This document shows, one piece after another, positions 52,142-64,000 of a stretch of 64,000 bases of DNA. This DNA comes from Eledone cirrhosa (Eukaryota): positions 362,452,001-362,516,000 of the forward strand of contig OZ024740.1 in NCBI GenBank assembly GCA_964016885.1. The letters run 5' to 3'. The position numbers and the translations under genes are program-made. Position 1 is the first letter of the stretch. Each line of letters opens with the position of its first letter. The notes beneath the pieces are model-generated. The model ran no database searches and was not told the origin of the DNA. It was given only the letters and a program-made list of their open reading frames with translations.

Positions 52142-52540
52142 CACGAGGGTAACCCCAAAAGTAAGGTCTCCAAAGGGATGGGGACGCAGAGAAGCTGTTC
52201 GTACGGCTGTTGGCAACACTGTTGTGATTGGTGCTTCCTTCGCTCCCAAACAAGCGTGTGCGCGCTTCACTGGGATGCTCAATCTTGGATTGGCAGCCGT
52301 TGAGAATAGAGCTCCCATTGAATGCTACCGCCAAGTGCGAATTTCGCGCAGTTATTATATACGAGGTCAATCCCAAAAGTAAGGTCTCCTTCCGAGGAAA
52401 ACATGCGTAAAGATCGGTGGATCACTCTGGATGGTTTCTGCATTTTGGTTCCTGAGGTTTACCGAAGCACCATCCACAGGATTTTAACAGAAAAGTTGCA
52501 ATATTGGAAGGAGACCTTACTTTTGGGATTGCCCTCGTAT
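52142..52540 (+). mobile_element. Mariner deletion derivative with three TIR copies
   Basis: TIR ACGAGG..A.CCCAAAAGTAAGGTCTCC near 52143 and 52361 (direct) and at 52509-52539 (inverted); transposase remnants IELPLNATAKCEFRAVI and RKDRWITLD...RSTIHRILTEKLQY. Confidence 0.85.
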
Positions 52541-53371
52541 ATATAGTGGATTTGATTAAGAAATGTACTCTTATGTGTAATTTCATTATATTAAGCTTAA
52601 TCAGCAATTTAATTCACAATAATGAACAAAACTTGAAATTATTTGTAGATAGGTATAGTCAGTTAATTTGACAGTAGTACATATTTAACTCTTTTGATAC
52701 CAGACCACCTGAAACTACCAATTGTCAAGACCTTATTAACCTAGGTCCAGGCCCCTAAGCTTTCAGATATTTCAGATCCCTTCTGGCACTTCAATATTTC
52801 ACTCAACAGCAATAAAATAAAATATTAAAAAGATAATTGATGTGGTTCTCCAGCCTAGTCAGCAATTTCAATAATATGGTCCTGCTTCTGATTCCATGTG
52901 GTTCTATGTTTCTATGTGTTTTTATTTATCTAAACGCCTTCCATCATACTTTTATGTTCCAAACACAAACTTAATGAAAACTCCATCCAAATTCATGTTT
53001 ATTTTCAAATTGACTTGAAAATGATAGGCAGTTTCTTTCCTCAGAAATATAGTAATGGAAGGGTTAATACATAATTATTTCCATAATAATTTTATATAAG
53101 AAACTTTGTTCTAGACACCAGATAAATAACAAAAGAATTATATTAGTAAATTCCACCAAATTCTTGAATAGTTTCAAAATAATTTGACAATAATAGGCAG
53201 TGTCTTTCATGAGAAAAATGGGGGAAATTAAATGCAATATGTCTTGTATATTGGTTTGGAAGTAAGATTTTTCCAAGTATGTAGGAAATATAATTGCAAA
53301 TAAAATAACAGGTTTCAGTTAGCACTATTGAAAAAATGAAGTAGATAGGTGGGAACTATCAGGAAAACCTT

Positions 53372-53425
<54 letters not shown>

Positions 53426-54746
53426 TGTATCATCATACATATATTCACAATAAAATACACCCAGTCCACATTGTAAAGTGGTAGTGTAGGTGTCACAATA
53501 AAATGCTCCCAGTATATGCTGTAAAGTGATAGGGCTAGTGCCATAATAAAAAAAAAAAAAATAACAATAAAACATCTAGTCCAGTAGTAGAGCTGATGCT
53601 TATAAGATTGGTTCAGTTAGTTTACCTGAGCCCTAAACAAGAACAACAACCAAATGCGATCAGCAATATTAGATATATTACATTGCTTTAAATATTTCCT
53701 AGTTTATCAGTAGTAATTAAAAGCTGAACATCAGATCGACCCAAGGAAACATTGTTTCCACTGGTCCTTCCATTATTGATGTAATCCGTTGATCACAACT
53801 ACTTTAAATGTATTATAGTATTAAGTTTCTAAAATTGAATAAATATCAACCATGATGATACTTCTTGTATGTATTTATATTTATATATATGTAACTCCTT
53901 AATATTTACACTAAAATACATACATACACTCAATGCATTTCCTGTCTCAGTCATGTTGCGACAATAAGAAATTCCCTTTCTAATTAGAATATCCCAGGTT
54001 CTAAATAGTCCTTTCTCTAAAGTTACTAAAAAATTTAATCCTGTATGTCATTTTATATATATGCTGAACATTTATGTAATTTTATCCTAGAAATTAATGA
54101 TTAAAATATAATTTTCATCTTTAATCACTTCCACATATCAGTATTCAACATAAACTATAGAATTTTATTTATACAAATAATTAATTGATCAAAATTCAAA
54201 TCTCCCAGTATGTATGATTGTTTGTATATCTAGCAGTCCTGGTATATATAGCATACTAATCCTGGAATTCAAAAATTAAATACATTCAATGCCATTGCTG
54301 TATTTATTGACAGTATTGACCCACTAGTTTTAGATAAAATGTTGCATATAATTCAGAAAAAAAGGAAGCTTCTTTATCTACCACAAGTATGTTTTTATTT
54401 AAGTTTCAGGCAATGTTTGAGAGATATTTCGTAAATAATAAACTTCTTTATGTAACTCAATATGAAATTCTCACTTTCAATTCTTGTAAGACCAGTTTTT
54501 ATTTTTACAATGTCTTATTTACAATCAGAAATATTATGTCTGTCATGAATTTTCATGCACATTTTAAAATTTGCCCAGTAGATTTCTACAGTAGCTTTAG
54601 TCATGTAATAAAACTTCTATTCTTGTCTCATAACTACAACAACTATAGACCTATTATATGAAATAACTAGAAAATCTATGCAAGTCTTTGAGTTTCTTGA
54701 CGTTAATTAAATCTTCTAAGTTTCAGTGAAGTATCATTATTTCATG

Positions 54747-54928
54747 ATTGGCAGTATCGGTAGAGGGTCAGACGCCATGCTTTCCAGCATAGTTACGTCC
54801 CTTTACGATCTGAGTTCAAATCCTGCCGAGGTTGACTTTGCCTTTCATCCTTACGGGGTCGATAAAATAAAGTACCAGTAATGCACTGGGTAATTGCTGG
54901 CCTTGTGCCTAAAGTAGAAACAATTATT
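54747..54928 (+). mobile_element. Young tRNA-derived SINE
   Basis: Consensus match; TSD ATTATTTCATG. Confidence 0.92.
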
Positions 54929-55619
54929 TCATGCATACCTTCCATGCCAGCATGTTGTTGGACAGGTTTTCATGGTCAGAGACTAGATAGGCTGAAGAGC
55001 CTTCATTTTGCACATGCATTCCATATTTGGCATGGTTTCTATGGCTGGATGCCTTTCTAACACCAATTACCTTACAAGGTATACTAGGTGCATTTATCAT
55101 GACATTAGCACTACTCTTTTATAGAGTGCACTGGGTTAATTTTATCATGGCATCGAGACAAAGACTTTATATTATATATTGTCTGTATTCTATTGTGACA
55201 CCAGTACTACTACTTTACAGAGTGTACTGGGTGGTTTGCATATGCGTGATCAGACTGAAGAGTTCTCTCTCTCCTATATCGTCTCCATTTGATTGAAATG
55301 ATTAAAGGAAAGTAAATACATAAACATGAGTAAGCAAAAACTGAAATTCTCTTTTTTCACTTGCTTTTCCGTGCTGGCATGGGTTGGATTAGATTTGTTC
55401 AGGCAGTTTTGATATCAGTTTTGAATCCACTCATAGTTCTATGATACAAAATTGATTCTTTTTAGAATATTTCTATTTATTTAAAAACCTTCCATCATAA
55501 TTTTATGTAAAAATCTTTGTTAGATTATGTTCTAAACACTAGCTTAATAAGAAAGTTATATTATTAAATCCCTCAAAATTGTATATTGAAAATCATAAGC
55601 AGTGATTTTTGTTAGAAAT

Positions 55620-56120
55620 CTTCCATTATAATTTATTTGTAAGATTCTAAACAACAACTTAATACATTACAAAGTTAGATATGTTACTAAACCCCTCCAA
55701 AATTTTCATTATCTTAAAAATTAATTAAGAATCATTGGCAGTGTCTTTCATTAGAAATATGGTAACAGAAGTGTTATATGGACAACCTCAGCAACCCTTA
55801 CTAACTTTTTTAGTAATCCTTTCCATCATCATCATCATCATCATCATTTTAACGTCCACATTCCCTGCTGACATTAAAACGATGCTGATGATGCAAAGTA
55901 GGCAAGATATGCATTATGTACATAACGTATTTTTGCCGAGGTTGTCCATTTAACACTTCTGTTACCATATTTCTAATGAAAGACACTGCCAATGAGTTTC
56001 AATTAATTTGAAAGATAATGAAAAATTTGGAAGGGTTTAGTAACATAACTAACTTTCTTATTTATTGTTGTTTAGAATATAACTTAAGAAAGGCTCTTCC
56101 AAACAAATTATAATGGAAGG
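55620..56120. repeat. Inverted pair of piggyBac-like MITE ends (~155-bp arms)
   Basis: TCATTGGCAGTGTCTTTCATTAGAAATATGGTAACAGAAGTGTTA / TAACACTTCTGTTACCATATTTCTAATGAAAGACACTGCCAATGA (45 bp perfect). Confidence 0.88.
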
Positions 56121-57559
56121 TTTAAATTTAAACATGGACACTTTAAATCAAAATATTTTCCATCATTGAATCTGGCAGGTTTGGAGGTATGTTGTCAGTC
56201 AGTTTTGAACAAAAGGATTAGACAATATTGTATAGATGTGACATAAATATTAGATTCGAAACTAGTATTACTTTTGGGGTGGGGAGATTTCTGCCTTATC
56301 ACCTATTGCTTAGTTTTATAAACATTTTTCTACAACATTCCTGTTACTGCTAACATTATATTATGAATATAATAATTACATGTAAATTTCTTGACAATGA
56401 CCAATTTAATTATTTCTTTTCACAAGTTTTACTAGTATCTTCCTTATGATTGCTTTAAATAACTTACTATTTATTTAACCTATAAATCTTATATGCTGAG
56501 TGAATCATGAAATGTGCTGACAGTTTAGCCACACCCACCTTTGTATGAATCACTTCATATGGGGTAGGAATACTTAATTTCTATGATTTACTTAACCCTA
56601 TCTTTAACATAGGTAGCAAATTGGCAGTCATTAGAACGTTAGAATGCTTTACAGTATTCATGTTTACTCTCCGAGTTCAATTCCCGTCGAGGTCACTTTG
56701 CCTTTTATCCATTCATGGTCGATAAAAAAAAGTACCAGTCAAGTACTGTGGTCGATTTTTCTCTCACTCTCTATCATTCTCTGGAAGAAATCTACTAGAG
56801 ATGAGAATGGCTCTGCCAGGTTTACAAAATACCCTAGAAATGCTGTATATTAATATGGTGTCCCTACAACTCCTCAGGAGTTACAGGTCCATACCATACC
56901 ATCATTAGCATATTTCCAACGAAAAACACTGCTTATGATTTCCAAGTAATTTTGAAAATAATCCTGAGTTTGGAAGGATTTAGTAGTATAACAGACTTCC
57001 ATTGTCATCATTTTACATTCACTTTCATACTGGCATGGGTTGGACATAACTTTCTCATTATTTATTTAACATTTGGAAAGTTTTTAGATATAAACACTTT
57101 AAAACAAACAGTTTTGTAACAGGGGCAGTTTCAGTAGTTTGCTATAATAAGTGTTAAATGGTAGTTTATTTCTGACCTTAATAACTTTTATATCTTCAAT
57201 ATATTTTCCCAATCTGATAAAAAGTATTCAAGGCTATTTTTCTCTGTTTAAAACTACTTTTCCTATTCTAACATAGTTTTTATTAGTTGTAAAGTAGGAC
57301 ATTCTCATAAAAGCAAACTCCTTAACCACGCAACCATGCCTGTGCCTATGTTTGTATTTAATGACAACATAATTTATATAATCCTTTCTAATTTAAGCTC
57401 AAAGCCAACAATGCTTTTGTGGAGTAAGTTAATAGAATTCCAATATTTGGCTGGTATTTTATGTTATTAATGCAGTGTTGTGGGGAGGGAGAAAGTTGAC
57501 TTTGACAGGATTTGAATTCAATATACAAAGAGTCATCACAAATATCTCAAAACGTTTTT

Positions 57560-58148
57560 CTGAGGGACTGTGCATAAGAGGAATCAAATGTGTGCAGGAG
57601 AGGAGATTGCGTTGGTATGGACATGTGATACATATGAAGGATGACAGCTGCATAAAAAGGTGCAGAGCACTAGAAGTTGATGGAAGCTGTGGAGTGGGGA
57701 GACCCAAGAAGACCTGGGATGATGTGATAAAAGCCGACCTTACCCAATTATACCTCTCAAAGACAATGACACATGACCGTGACCTCTAGCGTCATGCAGT
57801 AATACAGAAGACCCCCCCCCCCATGGGTACAAGCCGAAGCTAAAGCATATAGACAATATGCCCCCACCCCCTCCCACTGCAAAGTGGTCATGAAGGTGCC
57901 ACGGCAAAAAAGCACCCAGCCCACACTGTAAAGTGGATGTGTAGGCGCCACGGGGAAAAAAAACCCCAGCACTCACTGTAAATGAGGTTGGTGTTAGGAA
58001 GGGCATCCAGCTGTAGAAACCAAGCCAGAATCAGTTCCCGTATGAGCAAGACATGGTCTGCCGACCGGCTACTGCCCACAACAGGACAACCTGTCTAACC
58101 CATGCTAGCGTGGAAGAACAGATATAAAACGGTGATGATGATGATGAT
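57560..58148 (+). mobile_element. RTE LINE 3' end (same subfamily as 12422-15800)
   Basis: IRGIKCVQERRLRWYGHVIHMKDDSCIKRCRALEVDG; matching 3' UTR and GAT tail. Confidence 0.93.
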
Positions 58149-61100
58149 ATAATTGTGAAGTAAACTTCTTATCCATTCAGCCAGGCTGCATATGTTCTGC
58201 AATGCAAGAATCAGAGGCGTGGTCTCTCAATGCAGCATATTAAAGAGAATTAGGATGCCATTGGGATGAATTGGTGTCCACTACTGACTCCTATTAGGTA
58301 TGGACATATGTTTGTTTTTAAATATAGACGATATATCACATTTTCAATTTGAATAACTAATATTTAAATAAAATTTATGGATTTTTGTTTCTCTGGTCCC
58401 TTAAGTTTAATACTCTTTTGTTTTATAGTAAGTCTGCCTATCATTCATGTGCTTGTTTCATCATCATCATCACCTCCATACTTTTCATACTAGCTTGGGC
58501 TGGACAGGTTAACACAAACCAATTCATTACTTACTTCAGACCTACACTCCTCTCTGATGTGTCAGTGGACCACCCACGTCTTACTCAATACATTCCATTG
58601 CTTGTAGTTATTGATAATAGCCTCATAAAACAGTTGGTTCTGAAAGATAAATCCACTGGACCATCTGCTGATTTCTGCTGTTTAGATATTCATAAAAATA
58701 CATATGATGTTAGTTGGGATTGTTAACACCTATATTCCAAATGACACACTTTAAACAGTGTGGTAGAGAAATGTAATACCACAAATCCTCATGTAAAAAT
58801 CAAAATTTTAAAATTATTTGCAGAGGAAGAGGGGATTTTTAATTTATGGAGGTCGACTATTACATGGCTACTACTTTCATGGGGCTTAAATTCAGACTAC
58901 AATCCAAAGTACCATATCAATATGCAGAATTCTAAATGGACTCTAAATGAATAAAAACAAAAACCATGAATTACAGTAATAGTACTGACATTTCCATGCA
59001 TCGAAACACATTTCCCACTACTAAAACACATAAAGCTGCATATCTCTTATAAATATTTCCATTGTGTACATCAGGATATATCATATGTATAAAAAAAAAT
59101 ATTTTCATCATCATAACATTTTATGTTCAAGCTAATACCTTGATTCACTAATGTTGATCTGTTGTCTGTGAAGAACTAGGGTCGAATTATACATGAGATA
59201 CATGGAAATATCCAAATGTTTTGGTAAAAAATAGTCAAATTTTATATGGGATCGACTTTTACCTAAGAATATATGGTATATATTGCCTGATCTTAGAGAG
59301 ACTGAGCTGAAGACCATGTATTCTAAAGAATCACCCAGCCAAAGATTTAGTAGGTGGCCGACTTACCTCTTAATATCCTGTTCCACATAAAACCAATTTG
59401 GCAAAGCATTCTTGAAAAGTACAAAAACAGAACTATTGATGCACTACCTTAGAAATTGAAATCTTTACTCTAATATTGGGAATTTATACAATGGTCTGTC
59501 CACTAGTAAAGATACTATAATCATTTGAATTGAAAAACTTGTCTTTAGATATTTCTACTAAATTATTACAGAATGTTAACAGTTAATCCATCACCTGATT
59601 TAACAGCATTACCTGGTCTGTAGGTGGTTTTAGCAGAGTTCACTCAGTTGCAAGCATTCAGATCAGGTATTTAAAGACTCCTTCCCTTCTAACCTCCTCC
59701 ACAATCTTTGAGGCACCTGGAAAAGGTCATCACCCATGACTAAGCAATAAACATAAATCCCAGATAGAAATATGTGTACTGCCACTATGAAAAAAATGCA
59801 TGTACTACTTCTCTTCGCACTTCTGTAATAAGTATTAATCAGGTATAAATCTTAGTTAAAAAGAAGCCGCAATATCTATAAATTGCTCAAAGCATGAAAA
59901 GAAATGAATTGATTAATTAATGTGATGAAGTAATGTGATTAATCCTAATTGACTGGAGGTTTTACTTTTAGCTTTCTGTTCTGATTCATACAGAAAATGT
60001 AAAGCAAAGCTTAAAATTAATATCTACTGTGTATATATTTCTTTTGAAAATGTTTCTTAACCATCTCATAACCTTAATTTGAAAGAACTTGTCCTCCAGA
60101 AGTTTTGTAATTATACAACTATACCTTGTGGTTGGGTCCTTAACTCCTTACAGAGTCATAGAGTTGCTGTGGTGATATGTGGCATGTCTTGGACATTTAA
60201 ACTTGGTGGAACTCATCCCTTTCCAGGTCTGCACATGTCTGATTCCTTCCAGTGAAAAAGAGAGGTACTAGACGGATTAGTACTTTATTTATCAACCTAG
60301 AAAGTATAAAATGTAATGGTGACTCTGGCAGGATTTAGAATTAGAGTGTAGAGAGCCAGAACAAATACTGCAAAGTATTCTATCTGGCTTTCTAATGATT
60401 CTGCCGATTTACTGTCTTCGGTTATACAACTACATTATATTAATAAGGTGGTCCGTTGGCAGAGTCATTAAAACATCATATAGAATGCATTATGATATTT
60501 GTTCTGACTCCTTGAGCTCTGAGTTCAAATCCCACCAGAACTACTTTGCTTTCAGGTTGATAAAAGTACCAGCTTGGTTCTGGTGCAGACCTTTCTCTCT
60601 CTCTTGCTGTAACATCCTCTGTGTTTTGAATGTTAAGAGCAGATGTATCAATCAGATGTATGCATTAGCTTATGTCTACATGAGCACCAAAAATCCTTAA
60701 AAGCATAGGCTCATGCTACCAAGTCATCCTCAATAACAAATGATGATCATTGACTTTTTAATACTCTGAATTTCTGAGAAATTGATCAAATGGTGACAAT
60801 ATAGGGTTTAGAGGAGTCTCCAATCTGGCTGTGCATATATATGGTAATGCCTTTAGCACTGGTACCATGATAAAATGTATCCAGTACACTCTAGAAAATA
60901 GTAGTGTTCGTGTGGTGATACACTCTGTAGAGTGGTAGTGCTCGTGCCATAATGAATTACGTCCAGTACACCTTGTAAGATGGTTGGCATAAAGAAGGAC
61001 ACCCAGCTGTAGAAATGATGTCAAATATGGATAGTATAAACAAGATTTCACTCTGAACCACTCTGAAATGATGATGAAAATGATGATGACCCACATATAG

Positions 61101-64000
61101 AGTTAGAAAATTCAATTAGTGAAAGACATAAGTTAATTATTTTTGTAGTTGTTGCTCAGTTTGATTCTGACTTCACTTTATTTAATCTGTTTCCTGAATT
61201 CTGTATCATTTTATAATTAGGAAAATTATAATTCATTAATGAAGCTACTGATTCTTCTATGAAATGTCATTAAGTCATTAATGGGAGTGTATTTATGTAA
61301 AAATATATTTTTAACATATAAACTACATTATTATCTAATAAAGAGCAGCCTGTGACTTAGTTCATGAGAAACTTGATGAATTCTATCCTAATGTGAACCA
61401 AAGTGTCTTCACATTAACACATTTTTGGCAGCAGTAATGTTTGTTTATGTCTCACATGGGCAATATATTCCCCATAGACAATAGGTCCCATAGCACAACA
61501 ATTTGATGTGCAAAAACCAGTAGAATAAAGTATGTTATTTAAAAGCATGTAAGGGATATCCAGACAGAGGATTACCTCAAGACGTTTCATCCAACCCATA
61601 CAAGCATAGAAAAAGCAGGTATAAGAATGATGATGATGTTAAAGTTTAAAACTACTTGCATTCATATAAACGAATCGATTGGTAGAGCAAATTTCAGTTA
61701 ATATTTTAACATGGAGTTGACCCCTACTTGTGCAGTTCTAAATCTAATTCTGTACTGTAAGTGTATACTGTAAGTTTTGTGTAAAATACTACATGCACTT
61801 ACATGGTAAATGTGGGTGAAAAAAATTAAAACGCCCATAAAATGATAAAAACAATCATTACAAATAATTCTCAGACTCAAAAAATATCAATCACTGGGTC
61901 ATGAGATGTGCCTCAAAGATTTATGCAGTTCTAAAATGTCCTTAATATAAACTCTGCATCTTCTCTTTTCAATATAAGAATAGTAGAGAAATCAATATAG
62001 AATTTGGGTGGCTAACGTGTGTGCTTTGCTCCAAATAGTTGTAAAATAAGTGATAGAAAAACTGTAACCACAACCATGTGTGTGCCAGGTCATAAAAAAA
62101 TGTAAAGGAGCCGATCATTAGATCATATCAAAGAAACAGTGTTTCCATTGGTCTTTCCATTGATGGTACTTTCTGCCATGAGTTGCATTTGAATTCAGAA
62201 CGTACAGTGTCAGATCATATACTGCAAAGCATCACATTTGATTCTTTGACAAGTCTGACAATCCAGTACCCCTGGACGAGTACTTTATTTATTTACTCTA
62301 AAAGGATGAAATGCAAAGTTGACCTCAGTGGGATTTGAACTCAAAGCCAGAATAAATACCAAGGCATTTAATCCAACACCCTAACGATTCTGCCCATTTG
62401 CCACCTATGTTATAAAATTCACTGAGAAATATTGAACAGTTGGATACATAATACATATAGGAGCTTTAATGTTCTCTGACTGTCCCACCCAACTGGCTGT
62501 TGCATTAATTTGATTTATTTTTATTCATGTTTCTTTGTGTGTTCTGATTAAATATACACTGAAATAACATTAAATTTAACATGTTTTCACTTCCTTTCAA
62601 TATGTAACAGTGAGTAACATTAATTGGAGTTTTGTTTTCTCTCATGTCAATATTCTAACTTATGCGAAATTTTCAATAATTCATGAACGTTGTCATTATT
62701 TAGTACTATGTCAAACCTGGTCAAGTTGACATAGGCATTACAGCTGTGATAAAATCTTGTCTTTTACTAGATAGTGTATCTGGGAGTAGATTACATATTT
62801 AATAAAAGATGGTAGGGTATAATATGAGAAAGATTTTGTTTATATTTCTGGTATGGCAAGCAAGTTCATACAGGCTTCTTCACTGGCTCAAGTTTCAAGT
62901 TTATGAATTTACTTCTACTAGGACTATTTTGAAATCTTTGTATTTACATATACATTTTGATACTAGTACTGTGTCCTGTTGTCTCAACAGTGAAGGCATG
63001 TGGCCCTAGTGGTTAGGGTATTGGATTCACGATCATAAGGTTGTGGGTTTGATTCTTGCATTGGATAGTGCATGATGTTCTTAAGCCAAATATTTATTTC
63101 ATGTTACTCCTTCTGCCAGGAGTTATAATCAGCAGATAGTATAAGCGAAGGAAAGACCAATGGAAACATTGTTGCCTTGGTTCAATCTGATAATCAATTT
63201 CTTTCATGTTATCTCAAGAGAAGAATTACAGCTTGCCAACTTCACTGTAAAACAATGCATCTCCTCCAAAATATACTGGAACTCATCAACTCTGACAATA
63301 TCTTGCAAAACAAGTACAAAAATGAAATTTAATTACACAAATTTCTAAGAATATTTTTCAGCCATATCTACCCCACTTAGCATGTATTACCTTTTTTTTT
63401 TATTGTTAAAGAATTAGACAAAATTATTTGTGTTCAGGCTCTTTATATTCTGAGTTTAATTCTTGCCATGGTCAGTTTTACCTTTCATTTTTCCAGAGTT
63501 AATAAAATCAAACATCAGTCAAGTACTGGGTTCAAGTTCATCAATTTTACCCTCCCCTAAAAACTTGTTGGCCTTGGGCCTAAATTAGAATCATTAATTT
63601 GTTAAGCACCAGGATTGATTTGTTCTTCTCCAACTCCATAGCTTGTGCCTATGTTGGAATTATTAGCTAGAGATATAATTATATACATATCTGTTTTGCT
63701 ATAGTTTTTCTTTCAGTTTTGCTCAAAAACACTGTCAGATATAGGATATAAATTGTCTTTTATATGTAGCTTCATCATCATACATTCACTTTCTATGCTG
63801 GTATGGGTTAAATGGGTTGTCACAGTCCAAGACCAGATGAGTTGGTATAATCTCATCTTGCTGAAATATTCCAAATTTGACATGGTTTCTACAGCTGGAT
63901 GTCCCTCCTAACACTAACCTCCTCACAGAGTGTACTTGGTGCATGTTATCATGTTACTAGCACTATCACTTTACAGGGTCTACTGGATGGATTTTATCAT

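Overview
AT-rich, repeat-saturated animal genomic DNA. The SINE/RTE/Penelope repertoire and abundant microsatellites suggest a coleoid cephalopod (Octopus-like); this is an inference. No host protein-coding exon is confidently visible. Contents: a Gypsy gag-pol ORF of at least 978 codons running off the left edge (- strand), with a rearranged leader and an oppositely oriented LTR; two Neptune-type Penelope-like elements; one near-full-length and many truncated RTE LINEs; R4/Dong fragments; a decayed hAT transposase; an internally deleted Helitron; mariner, Tc1, hAT and piggyBac MITEs; many tRNA-derived SINEs; mini- and microsatellites. A CpG-rich promoter-like segment with a non-coding first exon lies at about 20.4-20.6 kb. 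The most notable non-obvious signals are several minimal type I hammerhead ribozyme motifs (8.3, 21.3 and 44.2-44.3 kb). One was hit twice by a SINE, and one lies sense inside the putative host transcript with a splice donor in its stem III loop. Also notable: a SINE that repeatedly targets CATTATT, a repeated intron-like (GT...AG) unit linked to hAT remnants, and several long hairpins or foldbacks. Coordinates of degenerate repeats are approximate.
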